Positions 9,689 to 20,100 of a stretch of 64,000 nt of DNA are shown piece by piece (position 1 is the first letter of the stretch; each line of letters starts with the position of its first letter). A program made the position numbers and the translations under genes. This DNA is from Pelagomonas calceolata (lineage: Eukaryota), in NCBI GenBank assembly GCA_918797485.1, contig CAKKNE010000001.1, positions 434,001 to 498,000 of the forward strand, read 5' to 3'. The notes beneath the pieces are model-generated. The model was not told where the DNA came from, searched no databases, and saw nothing but the letters and a program-made list of their open reading frames with translations.

Positions 9689-11037
9689 TTACAAAAATAG
9701 GCCTCGTCGCGAGATCAACACCGTCGTTCGAGCCCAACGGCCGCCAGATGTCCTGCTTGGATCGCGTCGATGGCGTATAGGGGGGATCAGTAATCCGCAA
9801 AATCCGCGCGCGCGCGGAACCAATTGACGTCGGGCGAGGACCCCGTCCAGCGCGCCGTCGGTATGGATGGCGACGAGTCGGGAGGCGGCGGCGGCGGCGC
9901 GCTCGTCACGAGGCGGCGCTCGAGCTCGGCGCGGCCGCCCCAGGTCAACGCCACGGCGACGCGGCCCTGGGCTGCGACGCCCGTCACGATTCCTTCCCCG
10001 AAGGGCGTCTCGACGGCGTTACTGCGCGCGCTCTTCGGCGACGCGGGCGACGCTAGCAGCGGCACGCGGTTCGCCACGCGCAGCACGTCTATCAATACAA
10101 GCTTCGGCCGCACGGCGCGCACGGCGGGCTTGAACCCGGCCACGAGGTCGTCCAGCGTCTTCAGGCGCAGCAGCGGCTTCTCCGCCTGGCGCAGAATCGC
10201 TACCGCCACCCTAATAGGCGCGTCCTCGAGTCCCGCGAACAGCAGATCCAGGACGGCCAGCGACAGCGTCCGCGGCACGCTCACGACGAAGAGCGCCGAG
10301 AGCCACTCGACGGCGTAGAGCTGGGGGTCGAAGCCGCAGCTCGACAGGTGCGCGTGCAGCGCGGGCGCGTGCCTTCTTAAACTCAAGTCTAGCGCAGCCA
10401 GCGCCGCGGGCAGGCGCCTCCCATAAAGCTTCTCGCAGCCCAGGTCGCGCAGCGCGTAGCAGTACAGGCCGAACGCCAGGGCCTCGTCGGCGCCGCCGCC
10501 GCGCTCGCACTCGGATAGTATAGAAGCCGCCACGAAGTTCATGCCCTGGGCGTACGGTAGCTGCTCATTCCCAATGTTCAGCAGCCGCGCGAGGCGCTCC
10601 GCGCGCCGCCTATCATACAGCTCCTTGTCGTCGCCGTCGTCGTCCTCTTCCACCGTCGGCGCCATGCCTATCAACCTTAACGCCCAGCCCGGCATTGCTG
10701 GAGACGCCTGCGCCCGCGCCGCGGCCGCGCAGGGCGCGTCGACGCCGCCGAAGGTCCGCGGCACGTCCTTGGCGATGCGGGGCAGCTCGGCGAAGCGGTC
10801 GTCGTCGTCGCCGTCGTCCGCGGCGTAGCGCGCGGCGGCGGCGTCGTAGGCCGGCTGCGCCGCCGCGTGCCGCGCCGCGTAGGTTGATAATTTTGCAGCG
10901 TCGGCGCCGTGCTCCCATCTAGCTCCGTCCGCGAGAGTTGATAGCTTCTGTCGGTCGTGGGCGCTGCCCAGCGTCTTGTAGTCGGCCTCCTCTTTGACGC
11001 GCTGCCAGAGGGGCTGGCGCGGATTGGTACGCGTCAT
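9689..11037 (-). CDS. Rab-GAP TBC domain protein (possible terminal intron 9753-9820; unspliced stop at 9787)
   Basis: IAKDVPRTF (IxxDxxR) and YAQGMNFVA (YxQ) TBC fingers, YAVEWLSALF. The 3' end depends on a candidate intron. Confidence 0.85.
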
Positions 11038-11310
11038 ATCGTGCGGCTGCTCGCAATGGCGCCCTGTGCTGTGGGTCTGGGAGTCCTTGAATGCGCGCAC
11101 AACTGGGCAGAGCGTCACAAGCACTATGTCTGTGATACTTTCACACTACTACGGCAAACCAAGGGCAAGAGTACGGCCGCTTTTTGCCTGAGTCCCGGTG
11201 GAGACCTAGCGTGCCGATACACACTAGGGCGTGAGGCGGCTCGAGCAGCCGAAATCGCTGCCTACGCGCATAAGTGCAGCCCTGCACTCCTCCCGCAGCG
11301 AGTTCTCGAA

Positions 11311-11436
11311 CAATGGTACGCCTCTTGCCATTGGTCGCGCTCTCCGCGCTCGCCGCGGCTCAAGAGGACTTTGCAATGGTACGCCTCTTGCCATTGGTCG
11401 CGCTCTCCGCGCTCGCCGCGGCTCAAGAGGACTTTG
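11311..11436 (+). repeat. Exact tandem duplication of 63 nt covering the ATG and signal peptide
   Basis: CAATGGTACGCCTCTTGCCATTGGTCGCGCTCTCCGCGCTCGCCGCGGCTCAAGAGGACTTTG occurs twice (11311-11373, 11374-11436). Confidence 0.97.
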
Positions 11437-12311
11437 GCAACATGTTTGGGCAGCAAAAATACTGCGCCCCGTACAAGTGCCCGAAGGAGAAGGAGGCCGT
11501 GCAGAACCGCCTGTCCTTCAAGGCGAAGAAGGGCGGCTGCGACGCGCTGAACAGCGGCGCGGGCATGCAGATGCGCGGACCCGCGTCCATCAAATAGCAA
11601 CAAAGGGCCGTCGAGCTTCTTCGGCGGGCGGCGCCATGTTCACGCCAGCACGCCGTAACTTCGGCCCGAGAGAGACCCGTCGCTTTCAGTCGCGGCCGTA
11701 TCAAAGCGAGAACGGCGTCGCGGAAAGGCGCGGCGGCACACCGCAGGTTCAGCGCCAAACAGTCCGAGCCGACGCCCATCGACGCGTGCTGCGACCGGCG
11801 CCAGGCCTGCGACTCGATCTGCGGCACCTCCACAAAATTCTGCGACGCCGAGCTCAAGGCCTGCGCCGACAAGGCCTGCGACGACGCGCCCGACAAGGAG
11901 GAGTGCGACCGCAAGAAGTCGATGATGCAGCTCATGCAGTCCATGGACCAGGGCGCCTGCAAGCGCCACACGGACGGCCAGGTCGCCGCGTGCAAGTGCG
12001 TCAAGCCCGACGAGGCGCCGGCGCGGCGGCTCAAGACGCTGACCGAACTTTACGAGAAAAATAAAGGGGACGCGTCGAAGGCCGAGGGCCTCGCCGCGAA
12101 GGCGGACACGTCGAAGAAATTCGGCGCTTTACTGCACAAGCTCGTTGCGAAATACCCCGCGATGATCCGGAAGGTCGCTGACCCGCAGCAGGAGTACTGG
12201 GAGAAGATCATGAAGGAGGGCATCGACAAGAAGGCCTCTGATGAGGTCGTCGACGGCGCGGAGGAGGACGAGGACGTGGAGGACCTGGACGCGGTCGCGG
12301 ACGAGCTTTAG
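11313..12311 (+). CDS. Secretory group XII phospholipase A2-like protein, ER-retained (ADEL), one intron at about 11573-11746
   Basis: Signal peptide (duplicated). Splicing to the CAG at 11746 joins the N-terminal exon to the Cys-rich CCDRRQACDSICGTSTKFCDAELKAC, which has PLA2G12-like spacing and is in frame with ORF 11922-12311. Confidence 0.65.
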
Positions 12312-12350
12312 ATGATGTTTAATTTTAACGGTTGTTTTAAATTTTAGTTC

Positions 12351-13499
12351 CTACAATGCGAGTGCTTCTAGGCTAGCCTGCGCATCGATTTCGGCGAGCG
12401 CCTTTTGGGACGCCTCTCCGTCATCCTTGCATTGCACCGTCAACGGGTGCTGGGTTCCGAGGACTTTGACTGCTGTTCGATAGAGGTCGTCCATCGACGA
12501 CACAGCTTTGCGCCAGTCATCTAGGGATATGTCAGGGTCCCTACACCGGGCCCGTAAATAAGTGCTGCGTAGTCCCAGTGTATTAACGTCGAGGGGTCCG
12601 AATACGCTCTCTGAAATCGGAAGGTATTCGGCAGCGAGAGATTGAGCTTCGGTGGTCCTTCCTTTGCTTTGCAGAGAAGCAGCCAAGTTTAAACCGCAGA
12701 TTATCGTATTTGTATGTCTATTACCTCTAAGGGCTTTCATGCCGCTGTGGACTTGGACTGATAGTTCAATGGCATCTTCAATACGTCCGAGATCTTCCAA
12801 GCAGTTCGCCATATTCCCCTGAGCGGCCAGAATCGCTTCGCGGTTAACACGACTTCTTTGCATCAAGGCAAACTGGGACTCGAGGAGTCCAAGCCGTTCC
12901 CTGTTCTGACTGGCCGCGCGAAGTCCGTTTCCGAGCGTTGTCATAGAGTGCATCCGTAACACGTTGGCCTCCGGCCGACCCACGTAAGTCTTCCAGCATG
13001 CCCACCCGAGCGCGCAGTACACGACGCCGTGGTACTCTTGCTTGCACAGGCCACAATTGTTCCACCGCACCCATCTCTCATCAAACACCTTGCCGCGCAA
13101 GTTGTTCTCCTCGGCCTCCGCCACCAGAATCCTCGCCTCTTCCGCCAAGCACGACACATGCGCAAACCCCGACGTTCCGCGGCAGGAGCACATACGCACG
13201 AGGCCCTCCTTCGTCTTCCAATGGAGGGCCTGCGTGCAGATGTAGCACGTCTGGCCCTTGGTGTCTTCGGCGCACTTCTCGACCGCGACCGATACGGTTT
13301 TCGTGTAATTCTGATTCGCAGTGTACTGCTCGGCGCCGCCTGCCTTTTTTATTTTCTTACAGAGCTGGTCGTGCCCGCCTTCTTTCCAGTGCTGCACCTG
13401 GCAGGCTGCCCCACAGTAGCGTGTGCTGCAGCGGCCGCATTTCTTACCCAAGCTTAAGCCAAGCTCGGTGGCGCAGACGGCGCACTGTGTGAGGATCAT
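12351..13499 (-). CDS. MYND zinc finger + RINGv-like + TPR-repeat protein
   Basis: CAVC...CGRCSTRYCGAACQVQHWKEGGHDQLC (MYND), CYIC...CSCRGTSGFAHVSCL (RING-CH like), and kinesin-light-chain-type TPRs (GNRHTNT, GTQHPLT). Confidence 0.85.
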   Translation of the reverse strand: MILTQCAVCATELGLSLGKKCGRCSTRYCGAACQVQHWKEGGHDQLCKKIKKAGGAEQYTANQNYTKTVSVAVEKCAEDTKGQTCYICTQALHWKTKEGLVRMCSCRGTSGFAHVSCLAEEARILVAEAEENNLRGKVFDERWVRWNNCGLCKQEYHGVVYCALGWACWKTYVGRPEANVLRMHSMTTLGNGLRAASQNRERLGLLESQFALMQRSRVNREAILAAQGNMANCLEDLGRIEDAIELSVQVHSGMKALRGNRHTNTIICGLNLAASLQSKGRTTEAQSLAAEYLPISESVFGPLDVNTLGLRSTYLRARCRDPDISLDDWRKAVSSMDDLYRTAVKVLGTQHPLTVQCKDDGEASQKALAEIDAQASLEALAL

Positions 13500-14109
13500 T
13501 TGTAGCTCCTTTGGGGCAGCAGCCCCAACGACGCGTCTGGGGGAGCCGGCTCTCTCTCGAGGCTCCAGCTGGAGGTGCCGGGTTTTCTTCCACGCCGTGT
13601 ATTAGTCGCTATGGGCCGCTCGGAGCCTTGTGATCCCCGACTCAGGACTATTGCGATCGACGAAACGAAACCCGAGGGCTTGAGCGATTTTGCCGAGACT
13701 CGACCTCGCAGTGAGCCACGCGTAGCAATTGTGCAACGCAGGAGCATCCCGGTTGCCTCAAAAACCGTACAAAGCCGCGTCCAACCCTGCCAGCACACCT
13801 TCGCCAGCGGACGCCGCGCATAACCGCACTCGGGTCGACGCGTGGCACCCACTGCGAGGATCAATAATCGGGCCGCACGGCACGGCCGTAGCCGCGCACA
13901 CTTGATTCGTGCATTGCGCTGCTGTGCGTCGCCGAGGCGCCTCAAAACCGCCTGCACGCTGTCGCTGCATGCATTGATGCGCGCGCTCGGCTCTGACCCG
14001 GCGGCGGCCAGCCGTAACATACACCCACTTCACGCCGCCGCCGCGCGTAGCAATAACACACAAACCCCACAGGCACACGCGTACCCACAAAAGCAGCAGT
14101 AAAAAAAAG

Positions 14110-16248
14110 ATGATGCGCACCGCGCTCGCCGCGGCGGCGCTCGCGACCGCGGCCGTCGCCCAGGAGGACCTCGGGACGGTCATCGGGATTGATTTGGGCA
14201 CGACGTACTCGTGCGTCGGCGTCTTCCAGAACGGTAGGGTCGAGATCATCGCGAACGACCAGGGTAACCGCATCACGCCCTCGTACGTCGCGTGGGACGA
14301 CGCCGGCGAGCGCCTGATCGGCGACGCCGCCAAGAACCAGGCGACGATCAACCCCGAGAACACGGTCTTCGACGTCAAGCGATTGATCGGCCGCAAGTTC
14401 AACGAGAAGTCCGTGCAAGCGGACAAGAAGCTCTTCCCCTTCGCGCTCGTGCCCAAGGACGACAAGCCCTACGTGCAAGTTGTATTAGAGGGCGGCGAGA
14501 AAAAAGTCTTCGCGCCGGAGGAGATCTCCGCCATGGTCTTGACCAAGATGCGGTCCACGGCCGAGGCCTTCCTCGGTTCCGAGGTGAAGCACGCCGTCGT
14601 CACGGTGCCGGCGTACTTCAACGACGCGCAGCGCCAAGCCACGAAGGACGCGGGCACGATCAGCGGCATGACGGTGCAGCGCATCATCAACGAGCCTACC
14701 GCCGCCGCCATCGCCTACGGCATGGACAAGAAGGAGGGCGAGAAGAACATCCTCGTCTTTGACCTCGGAGGTGGCACGTTCGACGTGACGCTCCTGACGA
14801 TCGACAACGGCGTCTTCGAGGTGCTCGCGACGAACGGCGACACCCATTTAGGTGGGGAGGACTTCGACCAGCGCATCATGCAGTACTTCATCAAGATGAT
14901 CAAGAAGAAGGACGGCAACGACATCACCAGCGACAAGCGCGCGGTCCAGAAGCTGCGGAGGGAGGTCGAGCGCGTCAAGCGCGCCCTCTCGAACCAGCAC
15001 CAGGCGCGCCTCGAGATCGAGTCGCTCTACGACGGCAACGACTTCTCCGAGACGCTGACGCGCGCGCGCTTCGAGGAGCTCAATTTGGACCTCTTCAAGA
15101 AGACCCTGGGCCCGGTCGGCAAGGTCATGGAGGACGGCGACCTCGCGAAGACGGAGATCGACGAACTTGTCTTGGTCGGCGGGTCCACCCGTATCCCGAA
15201 AGTCCAGTCGCTGCTCAAGGACTACTTCGGCGGCAAGGAGCCGAGCCGCGGCATCAACCCTGATGAGGCCGTCGCGTACGGTGCCGCCGTGCAGGGCGGC
15301 ATCCTTTCCGGAGACGACTCGGCCGAGGTCCAGGATTTACTTCTCTTGGACGTGACGCCGCTGTCCCAGGGTATCGAGACCGTCGGCGGCGTCATGACGA
15401 AGCTCATCAGCCGTAACACGGTCATCCCCACGAAGAAGTCGCAGACCTTCTCGACGTACCAGGACAACCAGCCGGCTGTGTTGATTCAGGTCTTCGAGGG
15501 CGAGCGCTCGATGACGAAGGACAACCACTTGTAGAAATGCGGCGTCCGCGACCCCTTCAAGCCATCGACGCGACCACTCGACTCACCGGTTGATTTTCAC
15601 ACAGGCTCGGCAAGTTCGAGCTCACCGGCATCCCGCCGGCGCCGCGGGGCGTGCCCCAGATCGAGGTGACCTTCGAGATCGACGCGAACGGTATTCTGCA
15701 AGTCAGCGCCGAGGACAAGGGCACGGGCAAGGCCGAGAAGATCACGATCACGGCCGAGAAGGGCCGCCTGTCCGAGGAGGACATCGAGCGCATGGTCCGC
15801 GAGGCCGAGGAGTACGCCGACGAGGACAAGAAGGTCAAGGAGCGCATCGACGCGCGCAACGGCCTCGAGTCGTACCTGTACAATGCGGCGTCCGTGATTT
15901 GGTGGCGCCACCTCGACGCCATCGACGCGACGCCAGCTCGACGGCGTGAGCGCCCGACTCACTGGTTGATTTCGCAGGTACAACATGAAGAACACGCTCG
16001 ACGACGACGAGAAGGGCGTGGCCGACAAGCTGTCTGCTGATGACAAGGAGGAGATCGAAAATACGATTAACGAGGCGCTAGACTGGCTCGACGAAAACCC
16101 GGAGGCCGACAAGGATGAGTACACCTCCAAGCAGAAGGAGGTCGAGGCGATCGCCAATCCCATCATGCGGAACGTGTACCAGGGCGCGGGCGGCCCCGGC
16201 GGCGGCGAGGAGGAGGAGGACTACGACTTCGGAGATGATGAATTATAG
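14110..16248 (+). CDS. BiP: ER Hsp70 chaperone BiP; exons 14110-15530, 15605-15877, 15978-16248
   Basis: Signal peptide, [18 protein letters not shown] and C-terminal DDEL. Removing the two GT-AG introns restores [20 protein letters not shown] and [12 protein letters not shown]. Confidence 0.97.
15531..15604 (+). mobile_element. 74-nt GT-AG intron derived from the Introner-like family (degenerate)
   Basis: Restores the BiP frame; carries GCCATCGACGCGAC and GACTCACCGGTTGATTTTCACACAG shared with other copies. Confidence 0.9.
15878..15977 (+). mobile_element. 100-nt GT-AG Introner-like intron with residual duplication GTACAA
   Basis: Intron starts GTACAA and the next exon starts GTACAA; core ACGCCATCGACGCGACGCCAGCTCGACGGCGT; 3' end CCGACTCACTGGTTGATTTCGCAG. 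Confidence 0.92.
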
Positions 16249-16420
16249 TTCCTGTGCCCCATTCCCTCACGTAAAAAGATTTCTAGTACTCCTCTGTTGA
16301 CCTGCCCGCCGCCAAGTTGCGTCCGTCCAACTCGTCCAGCTAGTTGCATAACACCAGAGTTACACGGTAAGGACGCGCGGGGTAGTGGAAAAGGGAGTAG
16401 GTCGTTCGTCGTCTGAAGAT

Positions 16421-16657
16421 CTAGAGGCCCTCCGGCGGGGTCAGCACGGCATCAATCACATGTACAACGCCGTTGCTTGCGAGGATGTCGGGGATAGCCA
16501 CGCCGGCCCCGTTGATCGCGATCGGGTCGAGCGTCACCTCGACCGTTTCGCCTTGGACCGTAGGAAGGACGCCTTCCGTGAGGTCGGTCGAGAGCGCCGT
16601 GCCGGGCACGACGTGGTAAGTCAAAATTTTCACAAGCTGATCCTTGTTCGCAGGCTC
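16421..16657 (-). pseudogene. 5'-truncated fasciclin (FAS1) domain fragment
   Basis: EPANKDQLVKILTYHVVPG...DILASNGVVHVIDAVL is a FAS1 C-terminal half; no ATG and no N-terminal half. Confidence 0.7.
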
Positions 16658-17108
16658 TATACTCGTCGTGCAGAACAACCTTGCGGGCTCCTACAGATCA
16701 CTTGGGAGACTTGACGACTGCCTACGCACGCAGCGAGACGTATACTCTGGGCGTTTGAAGCTTAACGGCGAGGAACATGAAATGACCCTCCGAGCGGCCA
16801 ACAACTACGCGATGCTTCTTAGTACTCTACGGCGCTTCGAAGAAGCGAAGAGAGTACTACGCAAAGTGGCGTCCGTAGCGCGACGTGTTCTCGGTGCTGA
16901 ACACGCGCTCTCGTTGTCTCTGCGCGAGGATCTCTCTCGCGCGACACTGGACGGAGACTCCTCCGGCAATGAAAAGCGCCAGGCGCTTCAGATGCTCGAG
17001 GACACTGTCGTAGTCATGCGGCGCGTTTTGGGTCCGGCTCACCCCGACGTGTTGCGTGCTCAGAGAAAGCTGGAGGGCTATCGCAAGGAAATTCCTCCTG
17101 CCGCGTAA
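16655..17108 (+). pseudogene. 5'-truncated TPR fragment of the same family as 12351-13499
   Basis: ILVVQNNLAGSYRSLGRLDDCLRTQRDVYSGRLKLNGEEHEMT aligns by eye with ILAAQGNMANCLEDLGRIEDAIELSVQVHSGMKALRGNRHTNT; MYND/RING and a start ATG are missing. Confidence 0.7.
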
Positions 17109-17198
17109 GGACTTGCGTAGGACTTGCGTAAGGACTTGCGTTCCTAAAAAACATTAAGACATCAAAACCACAATAGTTACACAAAGAAAGAAAGAAAG

Positions 17199-20100
17199 CT
17201 AGTGCTGGACGCGCGACCGCCCGCGCCCACGCCCTCGCCCACCACGCCCGCGAGACCGCGGCACGCGCGCGCCGCCGCCGTTGCTCGTCGGCTGGTACGC
17301 CGCCGCGTCGCCCCGGAGCACCTTAAAGCCCGCCGGCTTCTGGTAGGCCTGGGCGTCGCCGTGCGTCGCCGACTCGTCGTGGTCCTGGCCCGTGGAAACA
17401 ACGACCGGCGGCCGCTCCTTCTTCTTCGGCTTGGGCCGCGACTTCGGCTGGAAGGCGGCGCCTTTGTTCGTGCTCCGCTTCTGGGCGTCCCCGAGAGCCT
17501 CGGCGCCGAGGACCGCGCGCGACGCGTCGACGAACGCCCGCTCCCTCTGGTCGACTTGCGCGTCCGGCGTCACGATCTTCCGTAGCAACAAGGCCTCGAG
17601 CTCGCTTCGTAAAATCGACGCCAGCGTCGCGACCTTGGGCGGCGCGCGGAAGTGGACCTTCTCGTCCACAGAAATGATGCCCCGCTCGTGGTGCACCGTG
17701 AGCCGCCCCCCAAACAGGATCAAAGCCAGCGGCGCCACCGTCGTCGCGTCCCGCACATAAACCTTGGCCGTCCGCACGATCTCCCTGTATACAACATAGC
17801 GGTGATCTAGTGCAGTAGCATCAAAGCATAAACAACAGGGATGCAAGTACGCCGCGTCCTCGGGCCCGTCGTCGAACCTAGGCCTCCTCCCGCTCTCCTG
17901 GCGCTCCTTGATGCACCGCTCGACGTCCGGGTCGCACCGCGTGAACGCGCACTCGCCCGCGGTCTTGCTCTTGGACGAGGGCGTGAAGGACGGCTCCGCC
18001 TGCGAGGAAGCAGTGATGAGGGGTGAATCGCGGGCGGCGCCCGACCCCACGCCGTGACACTCGTAAGGAAAGGACGCGGCCGCGGACCGAGACCTCGGGC
18101 GCCTTCTCCCCCAACAAGCGCACGTCGCGCGGCGCCACCAACACGTTCGGGTAGAGCCCCGCGCACAGTAACGCTTTGAGTAACGCCGCGGACCGCGCCG
18201 ACGCGTCCGCCGCGTCCGAAGCGGACTTACTCCCAGATTGGGAATCAGGCAATAAGTCCGCAGTACCATTCAACGCCTCCCGCAATGCTTTATTACCTTT
18301 CCCGATGAACCCGATGGACTGCAGGTGCCGCGCGAACTGGTCGCGCGACTGGTCGATCGCCTTGAGCGTCTGGCCGCCGCAGAAGTTCGCCCGCGCCCAG
18401 CGGAACTCGTTCCGCGACTTCTTCTGCTGGCGCCATTCATCAAAAGCCGCGACGCCCGTCAGGTGGTCGGAGTACGCAACAGCTAGATGCCGCCTCGCCT
18501 CGTCCGCCTGGTCGCGCATATCAAATGGAGCGACGAAGATGCTTCGCGGCGAGGTCATGACCGCGGCTAGTGTTAGGGCCGCTCCTGTCGCGCCGAGCAT
18601 CGCACCCACCAACAAGAGCTTGCCGACGCGCGGCTCGACCGGTAAAGCTGCCAGATGAAATCCTAGAGCGGTCAGCGCCGCGACCTTAGGAGAGCCGTCA
18701 CTGTCCATGGGCTCCAGCGCGTCGATCTGCGCCAGCAATTCCAGAGCCCGGTCGACGGCCTGCGCCGTCGGCGGACTTACGGCACCTCGCAGGAACTTTT
18801 TGGGATCCCCTAAATCGAGCACCAGGATCTGGAGCACGAGATCTTCCAGCGACGTCCGCAGGATCTCGGGCTGAGGATACGCGTCGAACTCGCCGTCGTG
18901 GGCCAATCTCGTCACCAAATGAAAGGCGACGCCCGGTCGCACGCGGCCGGCGCGGCCCCGCCGCTGCCGCGCCGCCGCCCGCGACACGAACACTTCCTCC
19001 AACGTCGCTAACCCCCGGTCCGCGTCGTACCTATTTTCTTTCACGCGCGCCGCGTCGACGACGTAGACGACGTCGTCGATCGTGATACTCGTTTCAGCAA
19101 TGTTCGTCGAGACGACGATCTTACGAGTACCTTTAGGCGCCCGCCGAAAGATGGCCTGCTGGTCGCTCGTCGACAGCTGGGAGTGCAGGGCGTGGATCGT
19201 CGCCCGGCCCTCGAGCACTTCCGACGAGCGCAGCTTCTCGACGGTCGCCGTGATCTCGGCTAAACCAGTCACGAAAATGAGGATGGCCCCATCCTTATCA
19301 TCTTTAACCGATTCGAAGCAATGCTTCGTCCACGGATCACTACCCCGCACAAAGATGGCTTCGACGACGCGCACGATCAATGCGTAATTCACGCAGGCCG
19401 GATCCAACGCAGATAAAGAAGAGTGGACGTCGTCGGGGTAGTCCTTGAGCTTCGCGGCCCAGTCGCGCTTCGTCAACCCGACGAGGGCGCTCTTCGGCTG
19501 CGAACCACGACTCGCCTGCTTCGAGCGAAAACTCCCGACGGCGCACTCGTCCCTCGCGTCCACGCGCAGCCCCGTCAACGCTAACGCATCTTCGAGGTAG
19601 AAGGCCTGGACGGGGTGGGCCCGGCCCGGAATTTCGGCCAGGTACGGGTCGAACTGGCGGAAATAGTCGGCAAACACTTGCGCATTTAAAGTAGCGCTCA
19701 TGAGGATGAGTTTGAGCTTCGGTCTTTTGGTAAGTAACCGTCGCAGCACAATAAGTAGGAAATCGGTAGCGACGTCGCGTTCATGAACCTCGTCCACAAA
19801 AACGTGCGATAACGTCTTGAGTTCCCCGTCGCACTGTAGCCGTCGCAGTAACACGCCCGTCGTACACAACAGTATCCTCGTATCCGTACTTCGTTTGGCC
19901 TCGCCCCTTATACTATACCCGACGGTCTTCCCTATTTTTTCTGCTCGTTCTTCGGCGACGCGCTGCGCGACGCCCACGGCACTGATTCTTCGAGGTTGCG
20001 TCACGACCAAGGAACACCGCGCGCCTTCTCCTCGATCGATGCAGTCATCTAGCACCAATTGGGGCACTTGCGTGGTCTTGCCCGCACCGGTGTCGGCGCT

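Noticed and set aside
11774..11787. CCCATCGACGCG resembling the element core
   Set aside because: It encodes PIDA directly before the conserved CC of the PLA2-like domain and has no TIR or splice context; probably coincidental.
15534..15985. BiP as a split or pseudogenised gene (three ORFs)
   Set aside because: Two GT-AG introns restore a complete conserved protein.
13758..16166. Long antisense ORFs over BiP
   Set aside because: Typical shadow ORFs of GC-rich Hsp70 genes; the + strand carries the conserved protein.
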